A DNA stretch of 64,000 bases from the NCBI GenBank assembly GCA_052426225.1, contig JBNJNM010000006.1:1364001-1428000 (forward strand), in the 5' to 3' direction. A model generated the notes under the pieces. That model did not search any database, was not told the origin of the DNA, and was given only the letters and a program-made list of their open reading frames with translations. How positions within the stretch are numbered: position 1 is the first letter of the stretch; each line of letters opens with the position of its first letter. This document shows positions 48,351 through 61,621 of this stretch, piece after piece. This stretch comes from Zancudomyces culisetae HAW-14-8 (Eukaryota > Fungi > Kickxellomycota). Made by a program: the position numbers and the translations under genes.

Positions 48351-50025
48351 CCCGTCTCTGTAGTGCTTGGAATCCAATAGCTTTATAGTAGGACATAAAT
48401 CATATCTACTACAGTCAGCCTGTTATATGTTGAATTATGTAACTGTGTTTCCTTTTATTATATTGGATAATTTAAATAGTATTATACTATGCCATAAATA
48501 ATAGTTTTGAATAAATTAATAAATTGTCTTTATTCTCATAATATTTCTAAATCTAAAATATAATTTTAAAAGTCCCGTCCCGTTTAATACTGGGTAATTA
48601 TATTACTTTTTAGGAGATAAATATGTAGTTTTACAACAAGCCATGTCGTATAGTAATACGATTAGAACTCTTAATGCATTGAGATTTCAAATCTCAATAT
48701 TTCATAGTAGTTAAATTATAGTATAGTTAACTTTATTTTTTGATTGGACTTTTATCACCCCGTGGTTTTGACCAGCGATTTATTTTAGTATAATAGTTTA
48801 TTTAGATATTTATTAACTAATTATTTCGGCGTTTAAGATAACGCCCACAGAATAGAATTAAAGTAACTCTTAACAATCAAATTAAAAGTCTAAGTTTTAA
48901 CATTGTATATGTAAATAATCAAAATATGTCGTTAGTTATATAGAAATACCTAGAAAGTATTAAATAAAATATATTCCTCTCCGGCCATGTCGTATAAAAT
49001 ATTATACGTTATTGTTTTCTCATCTATTGTAATTAATAGTGTTATTTTATTGGTTATTTATTTAATAGTTCTTGTTGATTTTGTAGTATTTATTTAATGA
49101 AATTTTTAGTTTAATAAATTTGTCTCTTTTGAATAAAATTCTAGTACATATAAATATTTATAAATAGTAAATATTAGCGGCCCGTCTCATGTAGTGCTTG
49201 GAAGCCAATAGCATTCAAGTAGGACGTAAAACATTTCTACTACATGACAGCCTGTCGCAAGAATGCTTCCAATGTTAATTCTTACGCATTAATACGAGTG
49301 TATTATTTAATTATAGCTAGTCTACTAAAAGTATATTTAAACTATTATCTTTAAACTTAGATGTTGTTATATCTTATCTATATTGATATATATTTATTCT
49401 AATAAAGTCTAACCTTAATCCTAAAACTGTAAAGTTTTATATTTATACCTAGATAAAATGTTTAAGCTTTAAACCTGTCCAATAACGTATAAAAACCACT
49501 AAGGAGTAAAAACTACTATTATTGTACATAATTCATAAGATATGTTGTCTCGCACGACAAGCCTGTTATATAGTGGCTAGTACTACATCTAGACGCTATA
49601 TAATATCATCTCACCAATAACTAATTCATTTTTATATTAATATTTAGGTTTATCAATTAATTTATATTTTAATTATTATAGGATATTTAGTATATTATGT
49701 GTTGCCTAGTTTTTTTTATCCTTCTGGATTTTTTCTACAGCAACATTCTGGTTTATTATTAATATTTAGTTATGTTTTAAGTTTAAGTATATATTTAGTT
49801 TTCAAGTATATAATAGTCATTTAATTATAAGTATAAATAGGGCTAGGAAACTAACTATGAAAACATCATCAAATAAAAATATAAAAAAAGGTTTGGACTA
49901 TATTCAATAAGTGTATAACTTTTATTTTGAAAACTACAAAGAATAGTAATTATGATAGTTAGTTATAATTAAAATATATTTACAAAAGCAATACAAAAAT
50001 ATTCAATCTGTATTTTTGTCAACTG
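48351..50025 (+). repeat. Solo-LTR stack (array 4) upstream of tRNA-Thr 50032
   Basis: Units 48351-48417 (truncated), 48421-48638, 48644-~48980, 48988-49249, 49253-49559, 49564-~50021. Spacers GCC/AGCCA/GCCA/GCC/AGCC. Confidence 0.82.
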
Positions 50026-50031
50026 CCAATT

Positions 50032-50104
50032 GCCTTCTTGGCTCAGTTGGCAGAGCGTCTGCCTAGTAAGCAGAAAGTCGTCGGTTCGATTCCGACAGAA
50101 GGCA
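50032..50104 (+). tRNA. tRNA-Thr(AGT)
   Basis: Cloverleaf as at 13955, with a compensatory T-stem GTCGG/CCGAC. Confidence 0.95.
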
Positions 50105-50112
50105 CACAACTT

Positions 50113-50184
50113 GCCTGATTAGCTCAGTGGTAGAGCGTTGGTCTTGTAAACCAAAGGTCGGGTGTTCAATCCACCCATTAGGCA
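50113..50184 (+). tRNA. tRNA-Thr(TGT)
   Basis: GCCTGAT/ATTAGGC, TTGGT-CTTGTAA-ACCAA, GGGTG-TTCAATC-CACCC, TTCTTTTT terminator. Confidence 0.93.
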
Positions 50185-51869
50185 TTCTTTTTACAGTATA
50201 TAGTTATCACATAAATATTAATGTATTATAGTAGATATTATAATAACTAATATTTTTTCACAAATCGATATCTGAGTTTGGTTAGCAATAATTATGTAGT
50301 TATACTCTGGTCTTTGTTCACAATAATATTTATATTGCTGTTTTTTCTTTTTAGTTACCACTTATTTTATATTAATATTTTAACCAAAAGATATATGGAT
50401 ATACAATATATTTTATTTATATTGTTTTTAACGTTTAAAATGTATATATTACTTTATAAGTAATTAACATATTTTATATTGCTAAAAGTTGATAGAATAT
50501 AAAACTTTCAGTATCCTAATGATGATTGTGTATAATTTATACTTTTCTTATATAGATAATATATTTAAAGGTTTAGCAATCATGTGATTTAAATATTGTC
50601 ACTTGTAAATTTTATGAACTATTTATCAACAACATTTAATAATTAATCATATGTGAATATAATATTGACATTTGTATTAAATTAAAAAGATTATATGATG
50701 TTATATGGGGTACAAGCGTTATAACACATATGATATGAACTAAACACTCTAATTATCACAAATAGTTTAAAATATGTATTTAGAGTATATTTGTTATAGA
50801 AATGCAAACGTACTGCTTTTTCTTTTCGGTCTCGTTTTATAGCAGATCTTTTTGCCAGATTTAATACCTAAATCACATTTAGTTTAGTTCAGCTTTGTCT
50901 CCTTGATTGTAATAATCTATACGATGTGTATCAAATTTGCTAGAAAATTGGTTGTAGTCATTTTTATAAGATAGTTTCTCTACTATTGATTAGATTATTA
51001 GGTATATTCTTATAGGTTTTCACTAAACTAATAATAATTAAAGGTATATTAATTAAATTATAATATACTTTTGTTTCAAGAATTCATTTATTAATAATAA
51101 TTTAATATTTATCTATAAACGTCCCGTTTCTTGTAACGTGATACAACTGAATTCAACTGTCAATTTATATTTTCCAATCAAATATATCATAACTTTTACA
51201 TTATTGTTTATTATATATTAATTCTTTAAATTTAATTTAAGTATTACATGAAAAATTATAATGCTATATGGGAGTTATATAAAAATCATATTCTAATATT
51301 AATATTTTAATCTCAACTATACTTACAAAGTTTATATAGTATAATACAAGCCTATTAAAACTTTTGTGGCTGCGGTTTAATTAGTTTATAGCTAGTTCTT
51401 TTAAATAAGTTGGTTTAGAATTATTAATATTATTTTGCTATTTAATGTCACTAAAAATAAACAATGTTAATTAATTTCTATTTATGTATTTTCATGTTAT
51501 TGGTGTTATTTAAAACACTTGCAAATTGTTATCTGTTCTAAAACTAAATATTTGATATATACTAATATTAAAATTAATAAAGATAGACATTTCATTCCAG
51601 ATTATTAATTTTAGATGAATTAGTTAAATTCTAATCGATTATTTCAAGTATTTTTCTCTTAATGAAAAAACAAGATATATGGATGATAATCTTTAGTTTA
51701 TTTGAACCTACTGGTATTACTGTGTTATTAACATAAAAGCAATCACAGTTCTATATTAGTTCCTAGTTTCAATTTTATAATTAAACTAGAATAGGATATA
51801 TAATTACAGTTTCGACAATAATATAAAAGTTTATATAATTTACTTTTCGATAATAAAAATTCTGAGATA

Positions 51870-52826
51870 TGTTCTGTTGGGTGAGGTTGGGTGCAGCCTC
51901 ATCCTTTGTCGGGTTTTTCAATTGTAAAAAAACATGATCCATAATATCAGCAAATGGGTCACGTGATTCTTTGGGATCCACTTCCATAGAAGTGGCTCCC
52001 GAACGGTCACTATCAGATGAGTATCTGCCCTCATCTTTTTCTGACTGGATCCATCTGGGTCTAAATTTACTCATGAAGCCTGACATTCTTAAAGTGAGAT
52101 TTTAATAGTTTCTAATATGTCAAAACTTAATATTCATTACTAGCCGTAGCACTATTCCTAATAAACTTCTTAATTATCCTAAACCTGGATTTTAATTCTG
52201 AATTGATATTTATTTATCTTACTTTTCTTTTTCTTATTAAAACTATCAAAAGAGCTGAGGAATCCTCATCGAGTCTTCCTTCGCTTATATATATACTATT
52301 TTATTTAACCTAATGAAAGCTAATTCAAATAACCTATGTTTCTACGGTATATACTGAGTTGTATCGTGTGTTTTCGTTGTTACTTCGTTTTCGTATTCTT
52401 ATTGTTCCTATATTTGAATGTTGATTTCCTATAATCTTTTTAATTGAATTTTTTTTGTTTTATAATTTTTCTTGATTATTAAATTTTTTCCAATTGACTA
52501 AATAGTATTGTTGTATTTTTGATCAACTTTAATTTACTTTAGTTGATTATTATGTGGTAAATAAAATTTTATATAAAATATTTCGAGTGAGGTAAAAATA
52601 TGCGACAAAAGGTAAAGATTAACGTGTTTGATTACTAATCCAATTTGATTAGTAATCAAACAAAAATCAAATACAAATGCTAATAAAATTAAACAAGTGT
52701 AAATTATTACGTAAGAAAAATTAAGAAATAATGTGAATTTTCGGTAATGTTCTAGAATGTTCCCCAACATTCTAGAACATTACTGCGGAATAGAATCAGT
52801 TCATGACACACCCGATCACGTCCGAC
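51870..52826 (-). repeat. Possible long ORF-bearing solo LTR
   Basis: Right end reads ...CCGACA. A GC-richer minus-strand ORF start (MSGFMSKF...SGATSMEVD) lapses into AT-rich DNA near 51870, the same layout as the other ORF-bearing LTRs. Single copy here. Confidence 0.35.
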
Positions 52827-55244
52827 AGCATATTTGCTTGAATTGTATAATTTGGTTAATAGATTACTTTATTTCTCCATCCATATTTGGTTGCATTTTT
52901 ATACTCGTTTTTAAATATTATGATAATTGATAATACTATTTATAATATAATATTTTATGGTGTTTTACATTTAAATTTTTTTATTGAAATCTTAATTAAT
53001 TAATTTCCTCATTATGTTCTTAATAATTGGCTTCATGTTTTATTTATCAAATTTTAGTTAAAATGAATTACATCATATTAAATTTATTAATTCCCTTTAA
53101 ATTCTCTATTGTTACGAAGTAATTGGAATTTTTAGGTCTTATATCCAGAACTCGCGACTTTGTTTAATCAAGCATGCACAAAATATAAACTAATTGTCTC
53201 ACATAAGATGTTGTTTAGTACTAGATGATATTTAAAATAACTTTTTACCAAAAATATTGTCGTGTAAATGTTAAGGTTTATTAACTCTACTACGTGAAGC
53301 ACTGTACTATATTTTTATATACACTAAATTCTAGTTATTATAACTTTTAGAATTATCAAGAACTATTCCAAACCATATTATTAGTATTAATAAACCTTTA
53401 TATAGTAAAAAAATATAATGAATCTAAATTGAAAGATATGATATCACATGATATTATTAAATAGATGTCATAATAGTATATTATAATTATAAATTTGTAT
53501 TATTAATTATAAATATTGTTAATTGTGAATTTAGTTAAAATATTTCCGATTTTTCACATACCACACAGCTATTATTATTAAAAACCGCGTAAAATGACTT
53601 CAGAATATCAACTCAGCGACATGTTGTATGCGTAGTTCTAACCAAGCTAAAATATTAGGTAAACCGCCTACAGAATCTCAAATACTGATAACCACCGTTA
53701 TCTCGGGTGTTCGAGCAAGAAATCTGGGATTTCTTGGGTAATAAATTACCATAAATGTTGGCGAAATCGTTAGTTTATTTGATTATTTTAAGTTTTTACT
53801 ATACAAAGTTTTAATAAAATAGATAGTCAGGTACTAGTAAAATACTATTAACTCTAACACAAGTTTGGTGGTTTTCTCATTTCGTTTTTTAAAGTTATTC
53901 GTTAAATAAAATACAAATTAGCTCTAAAATACCTGATTTTACTCTATAAAAATGAAATTTGTGATTTGAGCTAAAACCTACCTAAAACCAAAAAAAAACA
54001 TAGGTAGTGAAGCGTAACACAATTTACAAAGGGTATCAGAAAGGTATTGGAGTCTAATTTTTGGACCAAAATTAATTGTTTTGCACACCAAATTTTAGGA
54101 GTTGGGCGTAATTTTACCCAGTTTTATCGCATTTATTGAAGTAATAAATACATATAACTAAATTAAATACTCTATAAAGGTAGGGTTGACTGGTTAAATA
54201 AAGTAACTAATTCCAGTAACAATCCCCCTCTATTAGCAAAACTTTTTGTAGATTTAACTGCGGGAATTTCCTGAGAAATTTTGTACAATCTAAAATTACA
54301 ACAAAATGTCGTATAGTAAATTATACTGTAGAGATGTCCTAATTGTATTAGTTAGTTATATTATGTATTTTATAGAATTAGTATAAATATGTTTGAATGG
54401 AATTAATTAATAAAATGTCCTTTTCCACAGATAAATAATAGTATAATAAATTAATATATATTGAAATTGACCCGTCCCGTGTGTTAATTAGTGTAAATAA
54501 CACCTAATGGGACATTAAACATGGCAACACACAACTAAAATGTTAAAATATGATTATTATAAAATATTATTCTCTACAAATTTATTATCACTAAATAATA
54601 TTTGTTTTAGCAATATAAACTGTATACTTAATATTATTCTGCTAGTTTGAGAAAAGAGTTGTCTATATTTTATTTGTTGTGGAAGGTCCTTTTGACCCCT
54701 AAAATTGTAAATACTAGTCAATAATAAATTATACTGATAAAATATCATCAGACAAAAACCACGAGGAAAAAAAGGTCCAATCTAAAAATATTGCTAATTA
54801 TATATACCTAAACTAATTACATTAATTAAATTTGTTCCTATCATATTATTATATGACAAATTGTCGCATAAAATTGCGATATGAAACTGGAAATACCAAA
54901 ATTGGATATTAGACCAATAAAATATATTTTGATTTTTACAAGGAAATTGGACTCTTTTTTCCAATGATTTTACTTGGTGTTTTTAATTTGCTAAATTTGT
55001 ATAGGAAATGTGATTTTGTTATTATTTAGGAGGATCGTAATTACAAAAAATATTCAATATATTTTTACCATATTCGAATACAAGAAGAGGTTCTAAAATA
55101 GAGTTTTAACATTGCTCGAACACTGAATGTAGAGCTTATATAACTTATAAATTTAAAAATCTACAAGAATTAAAATATACTAAAGAGTTTTAGTTGATAG
55201 TGGCGATCATGGTGGGACCGAGAAATAATAATTGGATTCAAAAT

Positions 55245-58200
55245 ATGGTTGATATCAGTAAGTTTAATTCGCTAGAAGATGATCCTGAGGAGTGGATAGA
55301 CATGTATCGGCTACATGAAAGATGAAGAATTGGCAGGAGGCAGATTGGATTGAATTTATGGTTTTCATTTGGGAGAAAGGGAAAGGATATGGTTCATTAG
55401 GAAGATTGCCAAATTTACCGACTGGGTTTCAGTTAAATCTTCTTTCTTTGAAAAGTTCGTTCGTATAATTAATACCCATCAATCTTAGAACACTTGAAAA
55501 ACATAAACCAAAATAAATTTGGTTCTGTGGTTGAGTTTAGTACGCATTGAAAGTAGCCTTAAATAATTGCGGAATAAATGATGAGACTCAAAGAGTTAAT
55601 TGGCTTATTAGTGCTATAAACCATTCATACAGAGTTAAAATACTAGATGCAGGTGTAGGTAATTGGGACGAGATAATTAAAATCCTAAATTCAGGATTGG
55701 AACAACCTACCATTTTAGAAAAACCAGTAGTAGAACCAACAGATTCAGCAATAAAAAATGCCAGACTATCAGGCCCAGGGAAAAGCATAAGAAAGATGAC
55801 GGATGAACAAGAAGGGTATAAAGAAATGATAAACAAGATGGAGGAGTGGGGTGTTAACTTGTTAACAATAGTCGAAGAAGTGGTGGATAAAAAAATTGAT
55901 ACTGCGTTCTCAAAAAAGTATGGCCACTCAACATAAAACCTCCATACTGCGGTAACTGTCAAAAAACAGGTCATAAAAGATACCAATGTCCCGAGTTGCA
56001 TAATATCCGACAGTTGCAATCCGAAACTAAGAAAGAAATAAACACTATTGAGCTATTATCTGAAGAGGATGATGAAGACAAAGATTTATATTTAGTTCAG
56101 CGTACTAACAATTAGAAAAAATTAATAATCCTTATTTAAAAATAAATAACAGCGATATGAATGTTAAGAATTATGACTTATTAAACACTAAAGATATACA
56201 ATATTATGAAAAAGATTAAATACAAAAAAATACAAAAGATTTTAAAAATACAAACAAATTAAATAATTCAAGTAATATAAAAGAAAAAACTAATGAAATG
56301 GAAATGGTGGTGGAAGTTCTTGACGATGAATTAACTCAGAAATCTAAAGTATCTGAAATTGGAGTACAGAAGAAGGCAAAATACGTCACTAAGATTTCAG
56401 AAAATACTACACCATTCAACATGGTCGAAGAGCTGAACCAATTCTATCCTAAAATTAGTTTCACACAATTGTTAGAGGCATCCCCGACGCTTACTGCAGA
56501 GTTAAACACCTTGTGTAAAAAGGTCAAGAAGTTAGACGTTAACGAAATCCGTGTCCTTCCACAAAAAATAAGTAACTGTAAAGTCATAGTTTCAGATTTC
56601 AATAAAAAATACTGGGCAGTTGTCGACACTGGAGCAGCCTGTTCCGTAACTACAACAACGTTAGCCGAACAATGGGGAATTGAACCAGATGAATGGCAAA
56701 GGCAGGTTATAGTGACAGCCGACGGTAGTAGGCATTCAACATGCGGTATCCTTAACAGGGTACCGCAGAAGATAAGTAACTACACACTAGAAGCTGAGCT
56801 AGTAATAATGAACCGAAAGGACGATATGTTGATTTTAGGTACAGACTGGCTTTATAGGCACCATGGTATTGTCGACCCTCGTAGTAGTGAATTAAAGATC
56901 CAGGCTCAATTAAATTTGCTAATTATTACAATGCAAACAATCTCGGAAAAGCCACAGCAAAATACTTATGATTCGGAAATTTATTTAATGGTAAAAGGGG
57001 ATGATAAAGAAAAATCAACAGTTGAAAAATATGATGATGAAAGGTTAACAAAATTCAAAGAAGAATTTAAAGATATTTTTGTAGATGATATCAATGAGCT
57101 TACCCAAACCGATTTAGCAGAACATCGGATTGAATTGAATGACGAAACACCAATTAAGCAACGTCCTTACCGAATTCCCCACCACATGCAGTTGAAAGTT
57201 AGAAATGAACTTGAGATAATGGAAAGAAAAGGGGTTATTTCACCATGTTACTCTGAATAGTGTTCCCGGTAGTTACGGTTTATAAAAAAAACGGCAAACT
57301 CCGTGTTTGCGCCGATTACAGAAAATTGAATCAGGTAACAAAGAAGGACGCCTATCCGCTTCCGACAATAGACGATATTTTTATGACGCTAGCAGGAAGT
57401 CGGATTTTTACAAGCCTAGACGCATTGAGCGGCTTTTGGCAGATTCGTATGGCCAACAAAGACAGACTGAAAACAGCTTTCGCAATCCCAGGTAGCGGCA
57501 GCTACTGTTATAATTTCATGCCTTTCGGCTTGACGAATTCATCTGCCTCTTTTCAAAGGTTGATGGAAGAAGCTCTAGGTCCGGTGCTATGGAAAACAGC
57601 AGTTGTTTTCATAGACGATATTATAATATTTTCCAAATCACTTTCTCAACATATATTAGATTTAAGAAAAGTGTTTGAATTATTAAGGAATTATAAAATA
57701 CAACTACATAACAAAAATGTTTGATAGGGATGAAAAAATTAGGATATTTGGGTCATATGGTTTCAGAGGATGGAATAGGAACGACGGACGAGAAAATTAA
57801 GGCAATTATGAATGCGAAATACCCGACAAACGTTTTGGAGTTACAATCCTTCCTCGGACTAACAGGCTATTATCGAAAGTTTGTTGACGGATATGCATTG
57901 TTAGCGGTTCCTCTAGTTCAGTTGTTGAAGAAGGAATAGGTATGGAAGTGGACTGAACATCACGTAAACGCAGTAAATGAACTTAAAAACAAACTTTGCA
58001 ACGCCCCAATTCTTTCCCACCCCAACTGGGACCTCGAGTTTATATTAACAACTGATGCTTCCGAATATGGAATTGGTGCTATTTTATCCCAACTTACTGA
58101 ACAGGGAGAAAAACCGATATCCTACGCAAGTAAAACAACAAATAAACATGAAAAAAATTACTCCATTACGCTCTTAGAGGCTTTAGCAGTGGTCTGGGGT

Positions 58201-59720
58201 ATAAAAAAATAAAAACATTACCTATGGGGTAAGCACTTTACCGTACGTACCGATCATAATTCATTGTTGAATTTGTTTGATGGGAAAGAAATCACTGGTC
58301 GTGTCGCGAGGTGGGCCATGATTTTACGCAATTATAATTATACAGTGGTACACTGCAAGGGTAAATCAAACCCAGCCGACATGTTATCAAGATTAGAAGC
58401 ACCAAATCCTGTTGAAGAGGTAATAGATATAATTAGTATTGAAGAAATATCTAGTGAAGATATTATAGGGTACTACAGAATAACCTCTTTCCTCCAGATG
58501 TAAACGCTAAATATAAAAAGAAGATCATTACAAAGTCTAAGAAATACAAAGTTATTGATAGTGCTTTATTTAAATTATGCAAGGGAATATATGAAGAAGT
58601 TTTATTAGATAACAACGCACGTAAAGTTTAGAAGAAATACATCAGGAAACTCATGACGGTATCGAGAATACCTGGCGACGAGTGAGCAATAAGTATACGG
58701 GGAAGCGTCTGTTTGAATTAATAAAAACGGTAGTAAGGGAATGTAGTACCTGCCAAATGTATCAAGGAGGACGGGTAAGACGAAACGAAATTCACCCTAT
58801 ACACACGCATAAACCGTTCGGAATCTTTGGGCTCGATGCGATTGGTCCCATTAGCCCAATTACTGCTTCGGGTAACAGATACATCCTAACTGGAGTTGAC
58901 TATTACACCTAATGGCCCGTTGCGGAAGCCGTAGATAATATAAAAACAGACACAATTATAAATTTTATAGTTACTAATATTATTCAGCACTTCGGAACAC
59001 CAGATCAAATCATAACAGATAGGGGTACAGGTTTTGTAAGTGAAGCTGCCGATAATGTATACAAATTTCTAGAGATTAAACATACCCCTACTACCTCTTA
59101 CAGACCGCAAAGTAACGGTCAGGTAGAGAGGTTAAATCAGACTTTAAAAAATGTACTAGCTAGGCAGTGTAAAAAAGACAAGTTAAATTGGGAAACCTAC
59201 CTCTGGAAATCACTTCTTGCAATTCGTACTATGCGGAATCTAAGCACTGGATTTAGTCCAGCTGAATTACTATATGGTGTAAAGCTCACTACACCTTCCA
59301 TTTGGTCACCCCCCGCAGAAATTAGCGATTTGCAAATTGCAATTCAAGAAAGGATCGACGCAATTCGTACTGAATTACCTGAAATTCGCGAGATCGGTCG
59401 AATTCGAAATCTAAAAGCAAAACAAAATATGAAAGAACGCTATGATAAACATGTAGAATTTCGAATTTTGAAGTAAATGATATGGTCATGAAATTGATTG
59501 AACAAGTAACGGAAAAATTTCAAGAGATTTGGGAAAGCCCATACCGTATAGAACAAAAACTAAGATTAGGTACTTATCTCATTTCTGACTCCGAAGGAAA
59601 CCGCGAATTGGTAAATCGAGATATGCTAAAACTTTTTTATTACAGAAAAACATGATTTCCGAAGTAACAACTACGTTAAGGTCAAAATTGAAAATATTCA
59701 AAAAGAGAGTAAGTCCAATT
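55245..59720 (+). pseudogene. Gag-Pol pseudogene
   Basis: PR (VDTGA), RT (FIDD), RH and IN fragments split by many stops and frameshifts. Confidence 0.9.
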
Positions 59721-60012
59721 TGGGTGCCGGGATCTGTCGCATAAAATTGCGATATGAAACTAGAATTTCCAAAATTGGATTTGGACCAATAGTATTTATA
59801 TTGTTTTTAACTAGAAAATTGGACTCTTTTTTCTAATGATTTTACTTGGTTTTTTTTAATGAGCAATTTTGGTTAGGAAAAGGAGATATATATTATTTAA
59901 GGGATGATGAATACAAAAAAGATTCAATATATTTTTACCATATACGAATACAAGAAGTTGTTAAAAAAGAGAGTTATAACATTGCTCGAACACTGAAAGT
60001 TGTGCTTATATA

Positions 60013-61621
60013 CAGATACTCAAAAAATTGTTTAAATGTTTTATAAGTTCATTAAAAAATTAGTATATCTCACGAATATTATATCGTATCACTATAAAAA
60101 TTACATTTATTATACATTATTTTACCATGTATTACCTATCAAAATATCATTATAATTTAACCAGCATATCAACTGTAGTTATAATAAAATAAAATTATTT
60201 TATTTGAACAATTTTTTTGCTAAAAATAAAAAATTATATAAATTTATTAGACAAGTATTTAGTATATCCACCCCTGGATTTCAATACTGCATTAATTCTT
60301 GCAGGTGTGCTAATGATTAGCGACATACTCTAGTCACGTGATATATTATACACTCGTCTTGTACGCGGTCCCAAAGTTCGTTCATCCCTTTTGGTGCATT
60401 TTCGTGATCTGACAGCCGTCTTTTCAAATTGACCCATAGATGTTCAATTGTATTTAGGTCAGGTGACTGCGCTGGCCAGTCAAGCGCCTGAATTGCGTTA
60501 GTTTGCAACCATTCTTTAGTAATTTCCGCGGTGTGTTTTGGATCGATATCATGCTGAAATATTGTACTTTCCCTATCTAAGTCGTACCACTCCATTGATT
60601 TTACCAGTTCGTCTTCAAGAATATCACAGTACAGTTCTGCATTAAGTCCGCAATCATTTTAGTAAGATATCCTGGGCCTTCTCAAGTCATGCATCCCCAT
60701 ATCATGATTGAACCTCCACCATGTTTTATAGTTTTTTTAACATGATTCGGTTTTAACTGGCTCCCTTGTTTTTTCCAGCACCACATGCGCCCATCTGACT
60801 CAAATCTGTTAATTTTTGTCTTATCAGATCATATCACACGTTACCAGTCTTCTACAGTCCAATGCTGATTATTTGTAGCAAATGCAAGTCGTTGTTAAAT
60901 ATGGCCTAATTTTAGCATAGGTTTTTTGACCTTAGGTTTTGCACTTAAACCATTTTTATTAAAGCTATTTCGCACATTTTGAGAAACCACAGTTACGAGG
61001 CCATTATCCTTGAGAAATTTTGTAGAGTCTGTCGCTGTATCAAATTGTCCAGACGTAATTTTCCGAATTATTAATCGCTCATTAGATTTTGTTAATTTAT
61101 TTGGGCTGCCAGGTGATAAATTTTATATTGATAAACGATACTTTTTTTTTATGTTAGATATTGTCCCTTAACTAATAGATAGTTTAGATGCAATTAGGCT
61201 ATATGAATCCATTATCCTGCAGATTTATAACACTCCAAACTTTTCATTATTGAGTTTTTTCATCGTATTTATATTGATCAAAAATTTATATTTTAATAAT
61301 ATAATGTATTGTGTAGATAATTGTGAATTATAACTAGTAATCTATAATTTTTTTAAATGATATCTAACATTATGATAAAGATATCATCAAAATTAATAAA
61401 AGTAATTTAAAACCAATTAATTGTTCAAATAAAATAATATTACAAATATTATAACTACAGTTGATTGGCATGGTTTAAGTATACTAAATAATTTATATGT
61501 TATACATGGTATATGGATGTATAATATTTGTAAAATTTAAATTAATACGATATGGTATACGTGAGATATAATAATTTTTGAATGAACATCAAAAACATTT
61601 GAACAATTTTTTGAGTCACTG
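60013..61621 (-). mobile_element. Decayed Tc1-family transposon with long imperfect TIRs
   Basis: TA-CAGATACTCAAAAAATTG...CAATTTTTTGAGTCACTG-TA. Broken transposase QHDIDPKH/WPAQSPDLNTIEHLW; empty site present in the 5' LTR (~55140). Confidence 0.9.

Noticed and set aside
41346-50025. CRISPR array or integron cassette array
   Set aside because: Eukaryotic context, no cas or integron integrase, no constant repeat. Units are LTRs, some also seen flanking complete retroelements, so the resemblance is only organisational.
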